Source: an uncultured Verrucomicrobiota bacterium (GTDB taxonomy: Bacteria; Verrucomicrobiota; Verrucomicrobiia; Chthoniobacterales; SZAS-18). Taken from it: 62,375 nt of DNA. The notes under the pieces were generated by a model that was not told where the DNA came from, made no database searches, and saw nothing but the letters and a program-made list of their open reading frames with translations. Location of the stretch: the NCBI GenBank assembly GCA_964658285.1, contig CAZZYS010000002.1, forward strand, positions 1-62,375, in the 5' to 3' direction. Below are positions 19,253 through 28,569 of this stretch, in pieces (position 1 is the stretch's first letter; each line of letters opens with the position of its first letter). Both the position numbers and the translations under genes were made by a program.

Positions 19253-20011
19253 CTGCTGCGTCCCGGTGTTTAACACCCGAAACAAATGCTGCATCTCTGC
19301 CTCAATTTCCGAGTCAGTGCTCAGAGAAAGGGTACGGGAAATCTCCTCGCGCACCAGGGTCCGCAGGCGGCCCCGCAAACGACTCACGGCCGTTTGCAAC
19401 GCCCCCACCTCCATTCCGAACCGTGCGGCTTTGTCCTTATAAAACGTGGAGGACGCCTCGGCGAAGATCACACTCTTGAAGCAATCAAAAAGTTCTGGTC
19501 GCTTCCCCGCCTTCAGTTCGATGCGCAACTGTTCGAGCGCCTGAGTGGTGACGGTGTTCGCCCAATTCAACTCGTAGAGAGTCTCCGGGGTGACATTCGT
19601 CACGGGCTCCAGCGCATACTTGGATTCTGCCTGCGCGGCATCCATGGAAACAACTTGGCAGCTGCGCCCACGACGAAGCGACCACCGCCGGCGGTGGTCA
19701 TCGCGCAAAAAATGCTTCAACGCCGTCAGCAGGTAAGCCCGGAAACGTCCCTTGGCTTGATCGAGGTACTCGATCCACCGGCCTTTGAGCATACGCAAAA
19801 AGAACTCTTGGGTCAGGTCCTGCGCGTCCGCAGGGCTCTGACCGGAGTGTCTGATGACCGCGTACACCGGATACCAGTACGCCTGACAAATCTCTTCAAG
19901 AGCTTGGCGCGCAACCGCCGGGTCTCGATCTCTGCATGCGTCCAGAACCGCCCAACGGGTGGTCGCAAATGCATGCGCCTTAAACCCCAAGATGTCAGCG
20001 GCCTTTTCCAT
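19232..20011 (-). CDS. ECF sigma factor (STK-associated type)
   Basis: FATTRW, YWYPVY, DAQDLTQEFF, KGRFRAYLL, region 4 VSRLRGR, C-terminal EIEAEM. Confidence 0.9.
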   Translation of the reverse strand: MEKAADILGFKAHAFATTRWAVLDACRDRDPAVARQALEEICQAYWYPVYAVIRHSGQSPADAQDLTQEFFLRMLKGRWIEYLDQAKGRFRAYLLTALKHFLRDDHRRRWSLRRGRSCQVVSMDAAQAESKYALEPVTNVTPETLYELNWANTVTTQALEQLRIELKAGKRPELFDCFKSVIFAEASSTFYKDKAARFGMEVGALQTAVSRLRGRLRTLVREEISRTLSLSTDSEIEAEMQHLFRVLNTGTQQSMSAPI

Positions 20012-20106
20012 CGCAGGGCGAAATTAGGGGAAAAACCCCAGCGAAAGCAAGCAGGCTTTGCCGTTTCTCGTGGATTTGCTAGTCTCACCTCAAGGTACGT
20101 AATGCC

Positions 20107-22824
20107 ATGAATCCTTTTACCGCTTCTCCGGACGCCACATGCGTTGACACCGGTAAGGCCTGGTTCGCGTCCTGCCCGGGGTGTGGTGCGAGGACGCTGG
20201 TCTGCGCTGGGGAAGAGTCGTCGGCGTGCGTGACGTGCCTTTTCCAGTTGGCACTCAATGAACCAGACCCTGCCGCCGTTTCCAGCGTCGAGCGGCTGGA
20301 CCAGAAAAAGGCAAGCTGCGGCACACTCGGGCCGTTTGAACTGCTTGAGGAGATCGGCCGGGGTGGGATGGGGATCATTTACAAAGCGCGGCGGGGGGGA
20401 GTGTCCGAGGTATTTGCAGTCAAAGTGCTCCTCCCACCGCGGGAGGACGCCGTCGAGGCGCGCTCTCGCTTCGAACGCGAGGCGCGTGCAATAGCGGGCT
20501 TGCATCACCCGTACGTGATGCCGGTCCATGACGTGTTCCTTGATGGCGATACGCCTTATTTCAGCATGGACTACGCGCCGGGCGGCAGTCTCGCGGAAGT
20601 CCTGTCAAAGTACCGGGGAAGATGGCGGCAGGCCGCGCGTCTCATGGTTCAAGTTGCCGAGGGGGTGCATCACGCCCACCGACAGAATCTGCTACACCGC
20701 GATCTCAAACCGGGAAACATTCTGTTCACCGAGGACTATCAACCGCTGGTCAGCGATTTCGGTCTCGCGAAATGGCTCGATGACACGGGGTCGGCGCTGA
20801 CCCGCTCGCTCGTCATGTTCGGCACTCCAAACTACGTCTCACCGGAACAAGCCTCGGGTAAACATCGCGAGCTGACTCCGGCAACTGACATCTATAGCTT
20901 GGGGGCGATTCTTTTCGAATTGCTGGCGGGACGGCCGCCATTCGTGGGTGACAGTCCTTTGGAGGTACTCCAGCAAGCGCTAGCTGGGCCCGCACCGCGC
21001 CTGCGCTCCGTCGCACCACTGTTGCCGGCCGACCTGGAGGCAATCTGCGCACGATGCCTGCACACACGCCCGGAGGATCGCTATGCATCCGCTGCGGAAT
21101 TAGCCGACGATATCGAACGCTGGTTGCGCGGCGAACGGGTAGCAGCGCGACACTTCAAGAGGAGACTTCCTGCAAAGTTCGCTACCGCGAAACGATGGCA
21201 CCTTGCCGGTGCTGCCGCAGCGTTGATCGTCGCAGTCGCGGGTACGACTTACCTGACGTTGCGGTCATGGAATTCGGCTCGCCGAACGATTATTTCGCCC
21301 GCTGCCACAGTCCCGATAACCGTAGAGGTCGACGACTTCAGTCTCAATGGCGAACTCGATTCGTTCTCGGATCATTTGAGTCGGGTGCTAATTGCAGTTT
21401 CTGATGACGCCGCTAACGTGCGGGTGTTGCCCGTGCGACGCCTCGTTGCTGCGCCCGAGAAGATCGCCCCGGACATGGACGAAGGCGCGAAACATACTCC
21501 ACCAGCATCGCAGGTCATTCTGCGCGAGAGTGTGCGCCAGGTTAACTCACGCGTGAAGGTGGTGAGCAAAATCTTTGATCGGGATGCCGCGCGCCCGCTG
21601 CATGTCCAAGTTGATTGGCTGCCTCTTCAATTCTCCGACGTGGACCTGAAAGTTTTGCAACGAGGGCTCCTTGACCATTTGATCACCGAATCAACCGATC
21701 GGGACCGGGATGCACATCGCCACGGTCCCACCGACATCGAGGCGGCTTCATTCTGCAAAAAGGCTATCGAATATCTCCGCCGTATTGACCCCGCCGACAA
21801 CGACCACGCGATCACGTTGTTTGAAAGTGCGTTGAAATTGCAACCTGACAGCGTGTCTGCGCTTGCGGGAATTGCGGACGCGTATCGCATGAAATTCTCA
21901 TGGTGGGGAGGCAATGCTCGCGATCTGGAGCTTGGCCGCCAGCACGCTGAACGCGCGTTGACCGCAGATCCGTTCTCCGCTGAGGCTCATCATGCAATGG
22001 GTTGCTGTTTGCTCGCCGCCAAACATTTTAAAGAAGCACGTGAAGAACTATTGCAAGAGCTGGAGCTAGATTCCGAGTCAGTGGGAGGGAATGCGAATGT
22101 CGGTGTTTGCTGCCGGGAGCTCGGTCAGCCGCGACAGGCCGTGCTTTGGTATCGTCGAGCCGCACAGCTTGATCCGGTCCACGGGTCGTTCAACGCGGCG
22201 CTAGGCGACATCTACATGGTGATTGGCGATGATCAGCAAGCACAAACGGAACTTCGTCGGGCTTGTGAACTTGACCCGGAACAGCACGATGCGCACAACG
22301 TGCTGGTAATCCTCGCGCTCTGGCAGGGCCGGAAAGGCGAGGCTAGAGAACTGTGTCGCGATCTTGTCGCGCGTTTTCCGACCAACCCATATCGAGAACA
22401 GCTGGCAGCTGAAGTTGCGCTTTTCTGTGGTGATTACCCAGCAGCATTCGCCAAATACTCGCAGATGGCTTCTGGCGACAGCTACTTGGAAGGCATGGAA
22501 TTTTTTGGCGCGATCAATCCAGACTCTGCAGTCGCTTACCTGCTTCGGAAGCAAGGTAAGCTCGACGAAGCCTTACGCAGGCTGGCTAAGGCTCGTACCA
22601 TTGATGAGCGCCTTCTGACAAAGTTCCCCGACAACCCTAGGCTATTACACGATCTTGCGGCGAACTGGGCACTAGAGGGCGATCACGAACGCGCGCTCGG
22701 TTTTCTGTCGTCGGCGGTCCACACTGGTTGGGTGGAAATACGCTCAACATTGTTGGATCCGCGATTCGAATCTCTTCGTGAAGATCACCGCTTTACGGAG
22801 TTGCTCGCTCAGTCCGCACCGTGA
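20107..22824 (+). CDS. Hanks-type Ser/Thr protein kinase with N-terminal Zn ribbon, TM helix and TPR repeats
   Basis: CPGC..CVTC, IGRGGMG, AVK, HRDLKPGNI, DFGLAK, GTPNYVSPEQ, DIYSLG; TM at about aa 366-385; TPR-like C-terminal half ending DPRFESLR. Confidence 0.93.
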   Translation: MNPFTASPDATCVDTGKAWFASCPGCGARTLVCAGEESSACVTCLFQLALNEPDPAAVSSVERLDQKKASCGTLGPFELLEEIGRGGMGIIYKARRGGVSEVFAVKVLLPPREDAVEARSRFEREARAIAGLHHPYVMPVHDVFLDGDTPYFSMDYAPGGSLAEVLSKYRGRWRQAARLMVQVAEGVHHAHRQNLLHRDLKPGNILFTEDYQPLVSDFGLAKWLDDTGSALTRSLVMFGTPNYVSPEQASGKHRELTPATDIYSLGAILFELLAGRPPFVGDSPLEVLQQALAGPAPRLRSVAPLLPADLEAICARCLHTRPEDRYASAAELADDIERWLRGERVAARHFKRRLPAKFATAKRWHLAGAAAALIVAVAGTTYLTLRSWNSARRTIISPAATVPITVEVDDFSLNGELDSFSDHLSRVLIAVSDDAANVRVLPVRRLVAAPEKIAPDMDEGAKHTPPASQVILRESVRQVNSRVKVVSKIFDRDAARPLHVQVDWLPLQFSDVDLKVLQRGLLDHLITESTDRDRDAHRHGPTDIEAASFCKKAIEYLRRIDPADNDHAITLFESALKLQPDSVSALAGIADAYRMKFSWWGGNARDLELGRQHAERALTADPFSAEAHHAMGCCLLAAKHFKEAREELLQELELDSESVGGNANVGVCCRELGQPRQAVLWYRRAAQLDPVHGSFNAALGDIYMVIGDDQQAQTELRRACELDPEQHDAHNVLVILALWQGRKGEARELCRDLVARFPTNPYREQLAAEVALFCGDYPAAFAKYSQMASGDSYLEGMEFFGAINPDSAVAYLLRKQGKLDEALRRLAKARTIDERLLTKFPDNPRLLHDLAANWALEGDHERALGFLSSAVHTGWVEIRSTLLDPRFESLREDHRFTELLAQSAP

Positions 22825-22965
22825 AATGGTGGTTGATGCTTGGCGTCTCCGCAGTCGCTGGCAGAAATGTCGTTCTTTCAAAAACAACACTCACCGAGCC
22901 GATGGTCCTGAACGGAAAGCGTTCTCAATCTGCGAAAGCCTGCTCACGACACATGTGATCCGCCA

Positions 22966-24102
22966 ATGCAGGTGCTAATTGTTGGCGGTTCCCTTTGCGG
23001 CCTCACACTTGCGTTGACGTGCGCGAGCTGTGGCATCTCAACCCGAGTTGTCGAGAGCGCACCAAAGATTCTGCGCTACGGTGGATGCCTACGGATAAAT
23101 CGTAAGCGGCTCTTCGAAGCAATAGGCATCGCAGACGACGACTCGCGTGCATCGGTATTTCCGCGTCCAGTCGGCGAACGTCTGGCTGTTTCTTGGCACG
23201 CGTTGCAAAATTGGTTGCTTCAAATCGCTGCAGAAAAATCCGAGATCGTGATCGAAAGCGGCGCGGCCGTTGTGCGCGTGAGCAGCGATGCTTGTCTCGC
23301 GACGGCTGTGACATCGACTGGTCGTTTGCTCACGACGCCGCTAATCGTTGGGGCCGATGGACAGTGTAGTACTGTCCGAAAAGCTGTTGATCCAGAACGC
23401 CCCGCCGCAATTTACGCGGGGTACATCCTTTGGCGGGGCCTTACCCCGGAGGCGTCGCTGCCCGGCGACACAGATTTCTTGCGGTTGGGCGAGGACATTT
23501 CCCTTGTGACTAGAGACGGCCATCGCCTCGTCGCTTTTCCCGTGGCTAACGACGCAGGATCGTCACGGGTCAGCGATCGTTTGATAAGCTTCACTTGGTA
23601 CGATCCCAGCCGTCTCGGTCTGCTTCGTGAACTCGGTTGCATCGATAACCAAGGCAGCGTTCTGAGGTTGCCCCGTCCCAACGAGATAGGGCCCGGTCTA
23701 ATCGACGACCTGCGCGACTTTGCCGACAGACAGTGGCCTGAGCCATGGCGGACGGTCATCACGCATACGATTGCATCCGGCCGAATGTTCGCATATACGG
23801 TCGCTGAATACTACCCGCGTCGTCTCTATGCAGGCAGGATCGTCCTCATCGGAGATGCGGCGCATGTCGCCTCACCCGTGACCGAGCGCGGTTTTGCGAC
23901 AGGGATCGAGGATGCAGTTGCTCTTGCTGCTGCACTCGCAAAGGCCCAAGTTTGTCACTACGACGAGGCGTTGAGATCGTTTGAGCGCGCCCGCCTGTCC
24001 GCCGCCCAGAGGCTAGTCGCTACGTCGAGAGCGTGGAGCAGGAGATATGCGACCGACCCGGTTGGCGCGTCTTCGCAATCATTGAAAGGCTTCATTTCAT
24101 AG
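22966..24102 (+). CDS. FAD-dependent monooxygenase (dihydroxypyridine-hydroxylase-like)
   Basis: VLIVGGSLCGL, GADG..STVR, YAGY..WRG, LIGDAAH motifs. Confidence 0.88.
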   Translation: MQVLIVGGSLCGLTLALTCASCGISTRVVESAPKILRYGGCLRINRKRLFEAIGIADDDSRASVFPRPVGERLAVSWHALQNWLLQIAAEKSEIVIESGAAVVRVSSDACLATAVTSTGRLLTTPLIVGADGQCSTVRKAVDPERPAAIYAGYILWRGLTPEASLPGDTDFLRLGEDISLVTRDGHRLVAFPVANDAGSSRVSDRLISFTWYDPSRLGLLRELGCIDNQGSVLRLPRPNEIGPGLIDDLRDFADRQWPEPWRTVITHTIASGRMFAYTVAEYYPRRLYAGRIVLIGDAAHVASPVTERGFATGIEDAVALAAALAKAQVCHYDEALRSFERARLSAAQRLVATSRAWSRRYATDPVGASSQSLKGFIS

Positions 24103-24147
24103 CATGTGGCGGCACTCGCGACCAATATATACCATTGACGGGCAAGT

Positions 24148-24495
24148 ATGCAGTGGATAGAATCAACGCTACATATGCCAGACGTATCCTCCCTTGCCTT
24201 GCCTGAATGGAATGAAGAAAACCTTTCCAACGTGCTTGCTGAAGTTTTTCGGCAAACAGAGACTGATCCGTCTCTACTCCAACAATTACTTAGCGACCCC
24301 TTCGAGCTATTGACCACCCGCATCGCGATACCGGAGGAGTACCGCGGCGGTATCTTTTCGCGCGAGAACGGCAAGAAGTCGCTGCTCATCCATGTGCCAA
24401 CGCCTGGAATTACCGCGCGGGAATTACCGGAGGGGACGCTTGATGCAACATCGCCGCCAGCATTCGAGCCGCTTTGCACGATAATTCTTTGGTAG
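24148..24495 (+). CDS. NHLP (nitrile-hydratase-leader-like) RiPP precursor peptide
   Basis: DPSLLQQLLSDP...IPE...LLIHVP...ELPEGTLDATS follows the NHLP leader pattern (DP.F...LL.DP...LP...L.LVLP...ELS.E.L.AV); short tail PPAFEPLCTIILW; adjacent to a LanM-like gene. Confidence 0.7.
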   Translation: MQWIESTLHMPDVSSLALPEWNEENLSNVLAEVFRQTETDPSLLQQLLSDPFELLTTRIAIPEEYRGGIFSRENGKKSLLIHVPTPGITARELPEGTLDATSPPAFEPLCTIILW

Positions 24496-24526
24496 CGCAT
24501 GTTGCCCTGTCGCCCGGAGAGAGGCA

Positions 24527-26008
24527 TCACGCGTTGGCAAGCGCTTCGATGACCAACCGTCTTTCGGCCCTGAACACTTCGTGTGTCGGTAGATTGAGGA
24601 ACGGAGAAACCAAGGCGTTAGCATGCTCCGTCTGTTTGATGTAAGGGCAATCCAATTCGCTTAGGGATGCAATCTCGTCGTCGCTTAGTGTAAGGTTGCT
24701 GTCCTTTGCAATTTGTCTGATCGGTGAAGGTGAAATCTGGGGTAGCCGCAGACACCGCGGAGAAATAAAGTCGCCGAGTATCCGGCCGTATGCGGCAGTG
24801 GATCGCAGGATCCGCCGCCGTGGGCAACTGCTCAGCATTTGCAACCGATCTGCGAACTGAGACGCGATTAGACGCTCGCGCAGCAGCGCGTTACCGATCC
24901 AGTCAAACCCTTCCAAGATCGAGTTGGTGAAGTCGGTCGCTGTAACGTGGCATTCATCGATAGCCGGAATGTGCGCGAGGCTACCGTCGTCGCCGTTTAT
25001 TTGGTCGTTTCGCCAGAGGGCACAGGTGTTCCGGGGCGTTGAACCGTCTTGCATCTTCGTCGGTAGAAATCCCGTGCGTAAAAGCGAGTGAGCGTTTGGG
25101 TGGTCTTCCATCCCTTCCCCATTCTGCGGGTGCATGAGGGTCTCTAGGTCGATGAGCACCGGATACTCCCCGGCAGCGATCAAATTTTCGCGGTGCATGT
25201 CGACACCCCCAGCAAGGAAGACCAAGCCGAGCAACGCACCTGCCCGCCAATAAAACGACTCAACTTCGACCCAGGTTTTGCATGGGCGCATCACAACGTC
25301 CTCCATCCAGCCGAACGCGCCGCGATCGGCGCTTCGAGCGGAGTACAGCGGTCTCGGGCAGCCGAGTCCGTTGACGAAGTCCAGAAGGTCTCTGAAGTGA
25401 TTTTCCGGTGCGAGCGAACGAGGTTTGTAGATCAGCGTTGTGCCGTTGCTAAAGTGCATGCGCGCTACCGTGCGGCCGCAGTGATGGGGATCGGATAGCG
25501 CAGGTTCGACTGTTTCCAACGGCTGCGAGGCAGAAGCTTCGCCAAACCAAGCCGGAAGCATCTCTCGATCTGCCCAAAAGCGGTCGAGAAATTCAACTGC
25601 CGCCTCGACCCAATGGCAAACCAGTGTTTCGCATAGATGTTCGAGCAACGGGAACTCGTTGTAAAGCTGCCGTAGACGCTTCTCGGGTTGCCCCACAAAG
25701 TCACGAGTCACCACTGCCTGGTCTATGGCCCTGACGCCGGGGGCAAGGAATGCCGCGCGAGCAGTCCGGAAAATCTGGAACTGCCAATCCACCGCTTTCG
25801 CACCGGCAATCATCAGTCGGTCGAGAAGGTGAGCCTCCCAACCAGCGTGCACGCCTGATGGAATTTCATTGTACCGTGCTTGACCTAAGCGGCCGTGCAA
25901 TCGGGAGCGAGCACGAAGAACAATCGGAGCAAAAAGTGTTTCAGTCGTAGCGCCAGTCACAATCGATTTTCGCTTCTGGCTTTTTGTATAGTTTGGCAAT
26001 TGATCCAT
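24527..26008 (-). CDS. stand-alone LanM-type dehydratase domain (DUF4135-like), no LanC cyclase domain
   Basis: SDPHHCG, IYKPRS, GWME, DMHRENLIA, PVLIDLETL, SLLRTGFLP, RRILRSTAAY, DCPYI; the protein ends about 35 aa later. Confidence 0.88.
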   Translation of the reverse strand: MDQLPNYTKSQKRKSIVTGATTETLFAPIVLRARSRLHGRLGQARYNEIPSGVHAGWEAHLLDRLMIAGAKAVDWQFQIFRTARAAFLAPGVRAIDQAVVTRDFVGQPEKRLRQLYNEFPLLEHLCETLVCHWVEAAVEFLDRFWADREMLPAWFGEASASQPLETVEPALSDPHHCGRTVARMHFSNGTTLIYKPRSLAPENHFRDLLDFVNGLGCPRPLYSARSADRGAFGWMEDVVMRPCKTWVEVESFYWRAGALLGLVFLAGGVDMHRENLIAAGEYPVLIDLETLMHPQNGEGMEDHPNAHSLLRTGFLPTKMQDGSTPRNTCALWRNDQINGDDGSLAHIPAIDECHVTATDFTNSILEGFDWIGNALLRERLIASQFADRLQMLSSCPRRRILRSTAAYGRILGDFISPRCLRLPQISPSPIRQIAKDSNLTLSDDEIASLSELDCPYIKQTEHANALVSPFLNLPTHEVFRAERRLVIEALANA

Positions 26009-26333
26009 GATGCGTTGGCGAAGGCGTCTTGTTTTCGGCAATCGGTTTGTCCTCCGTCACGCGCCGGGTCAGCTACATCGAAGCCCGATAATACGCCATG
26101 TTTCGGCGACGGTACGGATCATACGCCTTGTCGGCTCGATATCCTCCCCGGTAAGGATGGCTCCGGGAAGAGGCAAACTTGGGACCCGCACTAATAGTGC
26201 TGGAGACATTCAGATTGCTTAGCAGAATATGGGACGACACATCAATGAATTCTACCCTCTACACCAGTGGTAGTATCTGCGGACAAAACTGTGCGGGCCC
26301 AGAGGTCACAATCTCTGCGAGAAAATAGGCAGT

Positions 26334-26500
26334 CCCCCCGTTAGGTCCCCCCGGTGATATTTTTTGGGTCCACTCGTGGCAGCCTCAGTCCACATCTGAG
26401 CGAAAGCTGATTTCAGTGGGCGGGCTGTTTTGGTCACTCCAGTCCACTCCTGACCAAACTGGTCAAAATGAGTCAATTTCGTCCAAATAACCCTTGCGAA
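26334..26500. repeat. att-arm repeat copy C with core (island end)
   Basis: Direct repeat of 15423-15590 (24-bp and 32-bp identical blocks), abutting the tRNA half. Confidence 0.9.
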
Positions 26501-26531
26501 CGAGACGCTCTACCAACTGAGCTATACCCCC
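26494..26531 (-). tRNA. tRNA-Ala(CGC), 5' half only (nt 1-38), interrupted after the anticodon loop
   Basis: GGGGGTATAGCTCAGTTGGTAGAGCGTCTCGTTCGCAA gives acceptor 5' strand, D-arm, anticodon stem 5' strand and loop with CGC; followed by GGGTTATTTGG..., with no T-arm GTTCGA or acceptor 3' strand. Confidence 0.9.
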
Positions 26532-26865
26532 ACAAATCACTGCCCGCATGGGTGTTACGAGAGGTTGCCACAGCCATGAGAGGCCAGGAACTCCACCCGT
26601 TTCAATCCCCTCATCATTTCGAGCAAGCCCGAAGATTGTCAAGGGAACCACACGGAACCGGAGGAGAGTAATCCCACGAAAAATATTTTCATGCAAGCGG
26701 AAAGAGGGTTCCAGTCCGCTCAGGTCACTCGGGGCTGATCCAGACCGAACCTTGTCCTTGGTACGCCGTCTTGATCGTACCATGCCCCCTTGGGCAGATA
26801 GGCTATGCGAGTCGTCGGTCCTTCCTGATCCACGGGAGTCACCAGCGGACCACGTCCGAGCAAAC

Positions 26866-28446
26866 TCACTCCAAGCTGAAGACCGCGACCGCCTTCGCGG
26901 GGAGGGTCAGGGTCAACGCTCCATCCTTCAACTCGAATGCCGTGAACGGCGCTGGCTTGACGCTTTCCGGCGCGTCAAACGTGTTGTGGGCGTCGAGCGT
27001 GGACGCGGTCAACATTTGTCCCGTGACGTTTTTGATAGCCGCTCCGAGCAAAGTCACGGCGACCTGCGCGGCCTGTGCCGGCTGGAGGTTGACCACCGAC
27101 AAATGCAAGTGGCCCGCTTTGTCACGCGACGCCGTCGCGTGCAAGGATGGGATCGCTTCGTCGTCCTGCCGAAATTCCGGGGCTGATACCTCCACGGGTA
27201 AGGCGGTGGCATCCTGATGCACTTTGTACATGTCAAACACATGGTAGGTGGGCGTCAGGATCATCTTTTCCTTGTCGGTGAGGATCATCGCCTGGAGCAC
27301 GTTGACGGTCTGCGCGATGTTGGCCATCGTGACCCGGTCGCAGTGCGCGTGGAAAATGTCCAGCGTCACGGCGGCGGCCACGGCGTCGCGGAGACTGTTT
27401 TGCTGGTAGAGGAAACCCGGGTTCGTGCCCGGTTCCACGTCGTACCAATTGCCCCACTCGTCCACGATCAGGCCGATGCGTTTTTTCGGGTCCTCGCGAT
27501 TCATGATGGCGGTGTGCCCGGAGATGAGTTCTTCCATGCGCAACGCGTTGTGCAGCGTGGTGAACCACTCCGCCGCCGGGAACCCGGTGGCCGCGCCTTT
27601 GTGGTCCGTGTGAACCAGGGGACTCGTATAGTAATGCAGTGACAAGCCGTTCATGCGCGGACCGACCATCCGCATGAGTACATCGGTCCAGTTGTAATTA
27701 TTGGAGTTCGGGCCGCAAGCCACGCGCTCGACCCGGTTGGCCGTGTAGTTTTTGATGAAAGTGTTGTAGCGGCGGAATTCGTCCGCGTAGTACTCCGGGC
27801 GCATGTTGCCGCCACAGGACCAGCTCTCGTTACCGACGCCGAAATACTTGAGTTTCCACGGCTTGTCGCGACCGTTCAGTCGGCGCAGGGAGGCGAGGGT
27901 GGAGTTGGAATCCGAGGTCATGTACTCGACCCATTCCATCATCTCCCGTGGCGTGCCGCTGCCGAGGTTGCCGCACACGTAAGCCTCGCAGCCGACCTGC
28001 TCGCACAGGTCGAAAAACTCATGCGTGCCGAACGCGTTGCTTTCCACCACGCCGCCCCAGTGGGTGTTAATCATGGTCGGACGCTGCTCGCGCGGGCCGA
28101 TCCCGTCCTTCCAGTGGTACTCGTCCGCGAAGCACCCGCCCGGCCAGCGCAGCACGGGAACGCGCAGGGCTTTGAGCGCGGCGACCACGTCATTGCGGAT
28201 GCCGCGCGTATTGGGGATGGGTGAATTTTCTCCGACCCAGATGCCTTCGTAGATCGAGCGTCCGAGGTGCTCGGAGAACTGGCCGTAGATCTCACGGGAA
28301 ATCGTGCCGATGGAGCGGTCGGCATGGACGGTGAGAGTGCCTTGCATGGGGGGTGGGGGCTCGTCAGCGTGCAGTGCAGAGAACGGACCGGTAACTGCAA
28401 GCAGCACCTGCAACAGGGAACGGACGGCTAGTCGGAAGAAGTTCAT
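26866..28446 (-). CDS. alpha-L-arabinofuranosidase (GH51), secreted
   Basis: [48 protein letters not shown]; signal peptide. Confidence 0.93.
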   Translation of the reverse strand: MNFFRLAVRSLLQVLLAVTGPFSALHADEPPPPMQGTLTVHADRSIGTISREIYGQFSEHLGRSIYEGIWVGENSPIPNTRGIRNDVVAALKALRVPVLRWPGGCFADEYHWKDGIGPREQRPTMINTHWGGVVESNAFGTHEFFDLCEQVGCEAYVCGNLGSGTPREMMEWVEYMTSDSNSTLASLRRLNGRDKPWKLKYFGVGNESWSCGGNMRPEYYADEFRRYNTFIKNYTANRVERVACGPNSNNYNWTDVLMRMVGPRMNGLSLHYYTSPLVHTDHKGAATGFPAAEWFTTLHNALRMEELISGHTAIMNREDPKKRIGLIVDEWGNWYDVEPGTNPGFLYQQNSLRDAVAAAVTLDIFHAHCDRVTMANIAQTVNVLQAMILTDKEKMILTPTYHVFDMYKVHQDATALPVEVSAPEFRQDDEAIPSLHATASRDKAGHLHLSVVNLQPAQAAQVAVTLLGAAIKNVTGQMLTASTLDAHNTFDAPESVKPAPFTAFELKDGALTLTLPAKAVAVFSLE

Positions 28447-28569
28447 GGGGTTCGCACTTCTGACCGAGATCGTCAAAATAGTCAAGTTTGCCGGGAGCCC
28501 CGGCCGCCGATGCTCCTTCGCGGCAGAAGCGGTGCGTTTTCGCTCTCACGTCCATTGCCGACATGCACC

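Larger units (their letters stand above)
15584..26500. mobile_element. integrase-less tandem island module bounded by direct TTGCGAA cores
   Basis: Core repeats at 15584-15590 and 26494-26500, arm sites inside both ends, accessory cargo, no recombinase ORF inside apart from the IS1 transposase. Confidence 0.75.

Noticed and set aside
26334-26494. Group I intron interrupting the tRNA
   Set aside because: The adjacent sequence is repeated at 15420-15590 with arm-type sites, I see no intron core, and no 3' exon follows; an att site fits better.
8383-26531. Functional link between the PrrC anticodon nuclease and the split tRNA-Ala
   Set aside because: Characterised PrrC cuts tRNA-Lys at the RNA level; the tRNA-Ala break is a DNA integration junction. 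No evidence connects them.
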